DNA from: Chitinophagaceae bacterium
GTDB taxonomy: Bacteria > Bacteroidota > Bacteroidia > Chitinophagales > Chitinophagaceae
Assembly (NCBI GenBank): GCA_049318705.1
Contig: JBMOFV010000009.1
Coordinates: forward strand, 31,655-95,654
Length of the DNA stretch: 64,000 bases
Direction of reading: 5' to 3'
A program made the translations under genes and the position numbers. Each line of letters opens with the position of its first letter. Position 1 is the stretch's first letter. Under the pieces are notes generated by a model. It was not told where the DNA came from, searched no databases, and saw only the letters and a list, made by a program, of their open reading frames with translations. Shown piece by piece: positions 57,821 to 64,000 of the stretch.

Positions 57821-59461
57821 ATGAATGCAACAAAATCAAAACACCCGAAGGCATTACCTTATCTTTTTTTAACTGAAATGTGGGAACGTTTTGGTTATTA
57901 TCTCATGTTAGGCATTTTTGTTCTTTACATGACCGATGTCGACAAAGGAGGTTTGGCCATGGATGATAAAAATGCAGATGATATTTTTGGAACCTTTATT
58001 GCACTTGTTTATCTGACCCCATTTATTGGTGGATTTTTAGCCGATCGACTCTTAGGGTATACAAAATCTATTTATCTCGGTGGGGCTATGATGGGTTTGG
58101 GTTATATGGGACTGGCCATGCAAGGAATGCTGCCATTTTATATTTCATTGATGCTGATTATTGTGGGAAATGGCTTTTTTAAACCAAGTATATCTACGCT
58201 CTTGGGAAATTTATATAGCGAACCCGAATACAAGGAGAATAAAGATGCCGGATACAATATTTTTTACATGGGCATTAATATCGGCGCTTTGATCTGTAAT
58301 TTTTTTGCGGCTTTCATGCGCAATAAATTTGGTTGGCATGCAGCATTTATTACGGCTGGAGTCGGGATGTTTCTGGGTTTGATTATTTTTTCGTTGGTCG
58401 TTAAACATATCAAACATGCTGATCAACGAAAACCGGTTCAGGCCGAAGATATGAGTATTTCAAAAGTGATTACCCTGGTGTTATTGCCTGCCATCAGTGC
58501 CGGAATTTTAGGCTGGTTTATACCCGATAATTTGTTGGGTTCGGATAGCACAGATGCCTTCATTTTCGCTTGTTTACCGGTCATTATTTTCTTCGTTTCA
58601 TTGTACGTACGTGCCAATGAAAAAGATAAAAGACCTGTGGCAGCCTTACTGGTTATTTTTGCTTTGTCTATCATGTTCTGGGCTGTATTTAAACAAAATG
58701 GAACAGCGTTAACCCGTTGGGCCAAATATTATACAGATCGCGAATTGCCCGCTGCCATTCAGGGCCCTGCTGAAACACTTTATCTCACCGAAAAAATACC
58801 TTCCCAACCGGACATGGTCACGAAATATGATGAGCAATTCAGAGCAGTGAAAGAAAATGGGAAGCCGGTGAAGCACGTGGGTTTAGATGCCTATTACAAT
58901 AACCTGGCGCCTGAAAAAATTCCGGCAAACGGACAGCCGGTCTATTTAACCAATACGGAATTATATCAATCGGTAAATCCGGGTTGGGTGGTATTATTAA
59001 CACCAGTGGTAGTTGCATTTTTTGTGTTTTTGCGGCGTAAGAAATTGGAACCATCCACTCCGGCAAAAATTGCATGGGGCTTACTTATTTCAGCGCTTTC
59101 TACATTAGTGATGGTTGGAGCAGTTGCTGCCAGTCAGGGTGGGTTGATGAAAGTTTCTCCCTGGTGGCTCATTGGTACTTATGGTGTGATCACTGTAGGT
59201 GAACTATTCCTCAGTCCAATGGGTTTATCACTCGTTTCCAAATTGAGCCCTCCTCGAATCACTGCACTCATGATGGGAGGATTTTTTCTGTCGACTTCCA
59301 TTGGGAATAAATTATCGGGCGTTTTGGCGAGTATGTGGTACGATTATGAAGATAAAGCCAATTTCTTTTGGGTCAATTGCGTATTACTGCTCCTGGCCGC
59401 TGGGATGGCCTTTATTTTACTTAAATGGATGAATCAGATTTTTAGGGAGCAGATGCATTAA
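57821..59461 (+). CDS. Proton-dependent oligopeptide transporter (POT/PTR2 family)
   Basis: HPKALPYLFLTEMWERFGYYLMLGIFVLYM, GGFLADR.LG, FFKP. 546 aa, polytopic. Confidence 0.88.
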   Translation: MNATKSKHPKALPYLFLTEMWERFGYYLMLGIFVLYMTDVDKGGLAMDDKNADDIFGTFIALVYLTPFIGGFLADRLLGYTKSIYLGGAMMGLGYMGLAMQGMLPFYISLMLIIVGNGFFKPSISTLLGNLYSEPEYKENKDAGYNIFYMGINIGALICNFFAAFMRNKFGWHAAFITAGVGMFLGLIIFSLVVKHIKHADQRKPVQAEDMSISKVITLVLLPAISAGILGWFIPDNLLGSDSTDAFIFACLPVIIFFVSLYVRANEKDKRPVAALLVIFALSIMFWAVFKQNGTALTRWAKYYTDRELPAAIQGPAETLYLTEKIPSQPDMVTKYDEQFRAVKENGKPVKHVGLDAYYNNLAPEKIPANGQPVYLTNTELYQSVNPGWVVLLTPVVVAFFVFLRRKKLEPSTPAKIAWGLLISALSTLVMVGAVAASQGGLMKVSPWWLIGTYGVITVGELFLSPMGLSLVSKLSPPRITALMMGGFFLSTSIGNKLSGVLASMWYDYEDKANFFWVNCVLLLLAAGMAFILLKWMNQIFREQMH

Positions 59462-59485
59462 GCAGGCCTCTAAATTGATCGACTC

Positions 59486-61090
59486 TTATTCAACAATAAT
59501 CTTACGGGTAATTTCTTCCTGATTGGTTTTGATGGTCATCAGGTAAACAGATTCTTTTAAGGATTGCTGGAATAAACTTTTGATTACATGTTGTCCGGGA
59601 CTCATCTGTTCTATCGTTTTTTCTACGAGGATAGTTCCATTTAAGGATTGTACCCTGAAGGTGACATCCGTTGCTTTTTCCAGAAAAAATTGAAGATTAA
59701 AATCTCCATTCCCGGGATTGGGGTAAATAACAGGTTGAAGCCCTTGGGATTTATGATCCTCTATTTCTCCGATTTGTACCGCATTATTTTTTATCACATA
59801 AACTTTAAAAATTGTACTGCTGGCAGAACTTTGGGTGCCACTATTGGTAAAAAAGATATTGGCTTCGCTGCTGTTGATTCCACCGTAGATATAACCAACA
59901 TGGGTGGTATCATTTACGAAATCATCTAATTTAAAAACCTCATTGTTGAAATGTGGGTTGTTTAAAAGAGGTATGAACTCCGATCCGGCACCCAGATAAG
60001 CTGGCATTTCCACACCCATCTTATGCTCACTGAGCACACCGGCTGCATCGCGGGTAACACGTGCGATGGTTTTTACAAAGGGTACATTATTGTCTTGAAC
60101 CATTACGCCGGCACTATCGTAAAACTGAGCAATGCCTCCAAAAAATACATTGTGCATTTGTTGGTTGGTGGCTCCGTACAACGGCAGATTGGCACAATGG
60201 TAATGATTATAATGTTGTTGAAAAAGATTATTAACCGTATAATTTGTACTATCAATTGTGACGCTGTTCAGAAAAGGTAAATCTACATTTGGTTGAAATA
60301 CACCCGAAAATGCTGTAATCCCTTCAGCGCCATTGGGTAAAATTTGCGCAATCGCATTGTAATCGCGACGGCGCAAATTGGCCGCATCATAATACGAAGG
60401 TAAATGGGTGATACTGATGGTTGTTCCATTGTCGATGATATTGAACTTTCGGATAGCATTGGTATAAACCTGCGTATAGGTGGGGTTTCCCATGGGATTA
60501 TAATTGCCATCAAAACGATTTCCGCCAATTAAATAATAGGTGTTATTAATCATGCGCAGTTGTCCGCCGGTTACCCCAAAAGTGGTGTCGCTGATTTGTC
60601 GGAAATAGGGACTTATATTTCCAGAATTAACGATGGCATTGATGGTTGATGGTACATCAATAGCTGTGAGAAATTCAAAAGTTTTTCTACTTGCTGTGGC
60701 CGTATGATAACCATAGCCGCCCAGGACATATAAGTAATTTCCTTCCTGATGAAATTGCATATTGGTGGAACTCAGTTGCTCTTGTAAATCCACCGACAAG
60801 GCACCGATCGTGGCGGTCCAAAATTGCTGTGTTGTGGGATCTATAACCAGCAGTTGATTATTATTACCGGCCACATCAAAGGATGCAAATGGTTGACGGC
60901 GGTGTAATCCATCCAATCGCCCGCCAACGATGAGCCATTTGCCGTCGTATTGTCCGAACGCAAAAGCTTGTAATCCGCCCAAACCTGAAATATTCATCGG
61001 TTCCAGGAATATTTCGAAAGGGGAAGTTTGTGCTTGAATCAAGTTTTTTCCCAACAGGAAAATAAGAACAGTTAAAAGGATTTTTTTCAT
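59486..61090 (-). CDS. Kelch-like beta-propeller protein with T9SS C-terminal sorting domain
   Basis: Start taken at MKKILLTVLIFLLGKNLIQAQ (the ORF reaches 61141). Repeats of the form ...YL(I/V)GG....; C-terminal VIYPNPGNGDFNLQF...VYLMTIKTNQEEITRKIIVE. Confidence 0.7.
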   Translation of the reverse strand: MKKILLTVLIFLLGKNLIQAQTSPFEIFLEPMNISGLGGLQAFAFGQYDGKWLIVGGRLDGLHRRQPFASFDVAGNNNQLLVIDPTTQQFWTATIGALSVDLQEQLSSTNMQFHQEGNYLYVLGGYGYHTATASRKTFEFLTAIDVPSTINAIVNSGNISPYFRQISDTTFGVTGGQLRMINNTYYLIGGNRFDGNYNPMGNPTYTQVYTNAIRKFNIIDNGTTISITHLPSYYDAANLRRRDYNAIAQILPNGAEGITAFSGVFQPNVDLPFLNSVTIDSTNYTVNNLFQQHYNHYHCANLPLYGATNQQMHNVFFGGIAQFYDSAGVMVQDNNVPFVKTIARVTRDAAGVLSEHKMGVEMPAYLGAGSEFIPLLNNPHFNNEVFKLDDFVNDTTHVGYIYGGINSSEANIFFTNSGTQSSASSTIFKVYVIKNNAVQIGEIEDHKSQGLQPVIYPNPGNGDFNLQFFLEKATDVTFRVQSLNGTILVEKTIEQMSPGQHVIKSLFQQSLKESVYLMTIKTNQEEITRKIIVE

Positions 61091-61170
61091 TGTTACGGTT
61101 TGGGCAAAGATTGGAAACAGGATTTGTTTGAATGGTAACAATTGTTACTTGCATCGTTGATGATACATTT

Positions 61171-62136
61171 TTAGTGGCGCTTGGAATGATCTTGACTTTG
61201 AATCTCCTTTTGTTTCAGGAAGCTTTGAACAGCTTGTTTCCATTCTTTACGATGGTGATTCAGATAGGATTCATGCCCGGCCCCTTTAAACCAAACCAAT
61301 TTTTTGGGCCCTTTGAATCCTTCAAAAATGTTCAGGGTTTCCTGTGGTTTGACCCGCTCATCAGCGGTTCCGCAAAGGAGCAAAACCGGCACATCTATGT
61401 TTCGGGCGTAATCTTCCGGGTTATGATCAAAGGCCCAGAAATTATTCCAAACACTACCATAAAACAGGAGAAGATCCGCCAAAGGGAATTCAGGTAAATG
61501 CATGGCTTCAAAACGGTTTGCCACCGTTTGATACATGGTACCGAAAGGACATTCAAGAATAATGCAACGAACATCGGCCTGTTGATCTTGCATGAATTTC
61601 ATGACTGCAGCAGCGCCCATAGAAGTACCACAAAGAATGATGGGTTGTGCATTCATTTTTTTAACATACTCATAGGCCAAGGTTACATCTTCGGCTTCGT
61701 GAAAACCAATTGAAGTCGTATTTCCTGCGCTACCTCCACTTCCGCGGAAGTCGACCAATAATGTATGATAACCCATTTGATGAAAGATGGAAGCCTTGCC
61801 ATAAACGCTGCTTTTATTACTGCCATAGCCATGAAAAAGGATGACGGTGGCTCGGGCATTTTTGGCCGGAATATACCAGGCTTCTAATTTTTTACCGATA
61901 TAATGGGTGCTGTATGGTTCATGGGGTTTAATCATTTCTTCGGGCCGGGGAATGGCAACACCGAAAAATAGGGCTTTTAGTTTTTCCTTGAAATTCAGAT
62001 CCTGAGGTTGTTGTGGGGTTTCTGAGATATGGGTATCATAATGGGTGAAACGCCAGGCGTGAATGGCTGCAAGGATATTGATAAAAACCATTACAACGCA
62101 AAAAGAAAGAATAAATCGGGGTAGAATTTTTTTCAT
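61171..62136 (-). CDS. Alpha/beta hydrolase with N-terminal membrane anchor
   Basis: VILFHGYGSNKSS, nucleophile elbow GTSMGA, and later ...LLLCGTADE...GAGHE. Confidence 0.75.
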   Translation of the reverse strand: MKKILPRFILSFCVVMVFINILAAIHAWRFTHYDTHISETPQQPQDLNFKEKLKALFFGVAIPRPEEMIKPHEPYSTHYIGKKLEAWYIPAKNARATVILFHGYGSNKSSVYGKASIFHQMGYHTLLVDFRGSGGSAGNTTSIGFHEAEDVTLAYEYVKKMNAQPIILCGTSMGAAAVMKFMQDQQADVRCIILECPFGTMYQTVANRFEAMHLPEFPLADLLLFYGSVWNNFWAFDHNPEDYARNIDVPVLLLCGTADERVKPQETLNIFEGFKGPKKLVWFKGAGHESYLNHHRKEWKQAVQSFLKQKEIQSQDHSKRH

Positions 62137-62293
62137 AAAGATCAGTGAACAAATGTATTTGTAAGGCGATTGAGGTGTTTGTTAAATTGTAGCAGGGCTC
62201 TCAGGTTTGTGATTTTTTTATCAAATGCTACAGGAATTTTTCATCTACCAGAACCTGAATATTTCCTTAACTTTACCCACTCAAAATTTGAAT

Positions 62294-63298
62294 ATGTCGA
62301 AAATTCATGCGGCCATTACAGCCGTCGGAGGATATGTGCCGGAAGATAAACTCACCAACCATGATTTGGAAAAAATTGTGGATACCAATGATGAATGGAT
62401 AACCACCCGAACCGGTATCAAAGAAAGACGCATTCTGAAAGGGGAAGGCATGGGAACTTCCGATATGGCGGTGAAAGCCGTTCAGCAAATTTTTGATAAA
62501 ACCGGTATTGATCCACTTGAAATTGAATTGCTGATTTGTGCAACCACCACACCTGATTATACTTTTCCGGCTACGGCCAATGTCATTACCGACAAACTAG
62601 GCATGAAGAATGCCTGGGGCTATGATGTGAGTGCCGCTTGTAGTGGTTTTTTATATTCGTTGACCACGGCTGCCCAGTTTATTGAAACCGGAAAACACAA
62701 AAAGGTCATCGTTGTTGGTGGTGATAAAATGAGTTCTATTCTGAACTTTGAAGACCGGGCAACTTGCATCATTTTTGGAGATGGTTGTGGGGCGGTTTTG
62801 CTGGAGCCGAATCATGAAGGGCATGGTATCATTGATAGTATTTTGCGTTCTGATGGTGCCGGACGGGCTTTCTTGCACCAAAAAGCTGGCGGCTCTGTGA
62901 GGCCGGCTACCGTGGAAACTGTTATGGCCCGTGAGCATTTTGTGTATCAGGAAGGTCAGACGGTATTTAAGTTTGCCGTAAAAAATATGGCAGAAGTGGC
63001 TTATGATATTATGGAACGAAACGGATTGAGTGGAGAGGATGTCACCTGGTTAGTGCCTCATCAGGCCAATAAACGAATCATCGATGCTACACGCGAGCGC
63101 ATGGGACTACCTGAAGAAAAAGTGATGATCAATATTCAACGCTATGGCAATACCACCAATGGTACTTTGCCATTATGCCTTTGGGAATGGGAAGATCAAT
63201 TACGGAAAGGGGATAATGTCGTACTTGCTGCTTTTGGCGGGGGCTTCACCTGGGGGTCAACGTATATTCGCTGGGCCTACGACGGCAACAAAAAATAG
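62294..63298 (+). CDS. fabH: Beta-ketoacyl-ACP synthase III
   Basis: Start taken at [16 protein letters not shown] (the ORF begins at 62225). [16 protein letters not shown], active-site AACSGF, VPHQAN, GNT..G..PL. Confidence 0.92.
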   Translation: MSKIHAAITAVGGYVPEDKLTNHDLEKIVDTNDEWITTRTGIKERRILKGEGMGTSDMAVKAVQQIFDKTGIDPLEIELLICATTTPDYTFPATANVITDKLGMKNAWGYDVSAACSGFLYSLTTAAQFIETGKHKKVIVVGGDKMSSILNFEDRATCIIFGDGCGAVLLEPNHEGHGIIDSILRSDGAGRAFLHQKAGGSVRPATVETVMAREHFVYQEGQTVFKFAVKNMAEVAYDIMERNGLSGEDVTWLVPHQANKRIIDATRERMGLPEEKVMINIQRYGNTTNGTLPLCLWEWEDQLRKGDNVVLAAFGGGFTWGSTYIRWAYDGNKK

Positions 63299-63385
63299 TC
63301 CGGACCTTTTCCACTGAATGAATTGCTCGAATCTACAATCCCGATAAATTTATTACCGGCCTTGAAAGGCTCGAGACAATCCATT

Positions 63386-64000
63386 TTACTCCTTACTAAA
63401 TAATTTATTTACCTGACCGGAGCCGCTTTCAATTTGAAGGATGTAATTGCCTTTAGGTAGGTTGGATACATCCAGATGGTCCTGTCCGGAATTTATTTTC
63501 AACCAAATTCGTCCTTGTAAATCCACGACACGCATAGTCCGAATATTTAAATAAGAGGCATCCACATGTAATTGATTGTAGCATGGATTCGGAAAAATTT
63601 GAATTTCACCGGCTGCATCCAAATGAGTATAAGCGGTAGGTAATTGTAAAACTTTGTTCGTAGAAATTAAAATGCTATCACCGGTCGAAGCCATGTCGTT
63701 ATTAGTGCGATTCACCGCCACATGAAAAAAGATGGCCTGTGGTGCAGTGGATGGAGCAGTCCACTTGTATTTCCAGATGGCATATCCACCACTCATCACT
63801 GCATTGCCACTTCCTGCAGCAGTGTGGCTTACATACTCCCGACCACTGCCATCGGTATAAATCTGCAAATTGGCAGGCATGAGGATATTTGAAACGGTGC
63901 CAGCCTTGCCTGAGGAGAAAAATAAACTCACACATTGAAATCCAACTTTTACGGCACCATCTAAACGAAATTTAACTTCAACAGTATACTGTTGATTTAA
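63386..64000 (-). CDS. Secreted protein with T9SS C-terminal sorting domain; N-terminus lies beyond the right window edge
   Basis: The ORF track starts it at a GTG at 63931. My hand translation shows the frame stays open up to base 64000 (LNQQYTVEVKFRLDGAVKVGFQC-VSLFF...). C-terminal IQIFPNPCYNQLHVD...GNYILQIESGSGQVNKLFSKE. Confidence 0.7.
   Translation of the reverse strand, partial: LNQQYTVEVKFRLDGAVKVGFQCVSLFFSSGKAGTVSNILMPANLQIYTDGSGREYVSHTAAGSGNAVMSGGYAIWKYKWTAPSTAPQAIFFHVAVNRTNNDMASTGDSILISTNKVLQLPTAYTHLDAAGEIQIFPNPCYNQLHVDASYLNIRTMRVVDLQGRIWLKINSGQDHLDVSNLPKGNYILQIESGSGQVNKLFSKE

Overview
This is a 64-kb chromosomal segment that looks like Bacteroidota. The phylum call rests on at least eight proteins ending in T9SS C-terminal sorting domains (type A and type B), TAnnTTTG-type -7 promoter boxes, and DUF3108 and DUF1800/DUF1501 genes. 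I support about 45 protein genes and one tRNA (initiator Met). I saw no rRNA, CRISPR array, transposase, integrase or phage genes.

Most of the window is housekeeping: gcvP (open at the left edge), murB, rnhB, ctaA, feoB, era, der, fabH, dacB, and a tetR-tolC-MFP-RND efflux operon. These are interleaved with large secreted or surface proteins (PKD arrays, BNR and other beta-propellers).

Three things stand out:
1. A signal-less 1793-aa protein (4362-9743, minus strand) fuses two different serine-hydrolase/lipase modules, a possible macro-like module, a CHAT caspase-like protease and a C-terminal helical domain. It is the best candidate here for an undescribed conflict or cell-death type effector.
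2. A family of intergenic inverted-repeat (MITE/ERIC-like) elements occurs at 16112-16347, 19003-19425 and 28182-28660. Two copies have perfect 5-bp target-site duplications. Secondary modules are nested inside them, one with its own 5-bp duplication and a visible empty site. One copy appears to supply a consensus promoter to rnhB.
3. A second, unrelated inverted-repeat element with a 5-bp duplication lies at 38140-38302, followed by an odd GC/purine-rich island.

All functional calls come from reading the translated ORFs and motifs by eye. No database search was possible.
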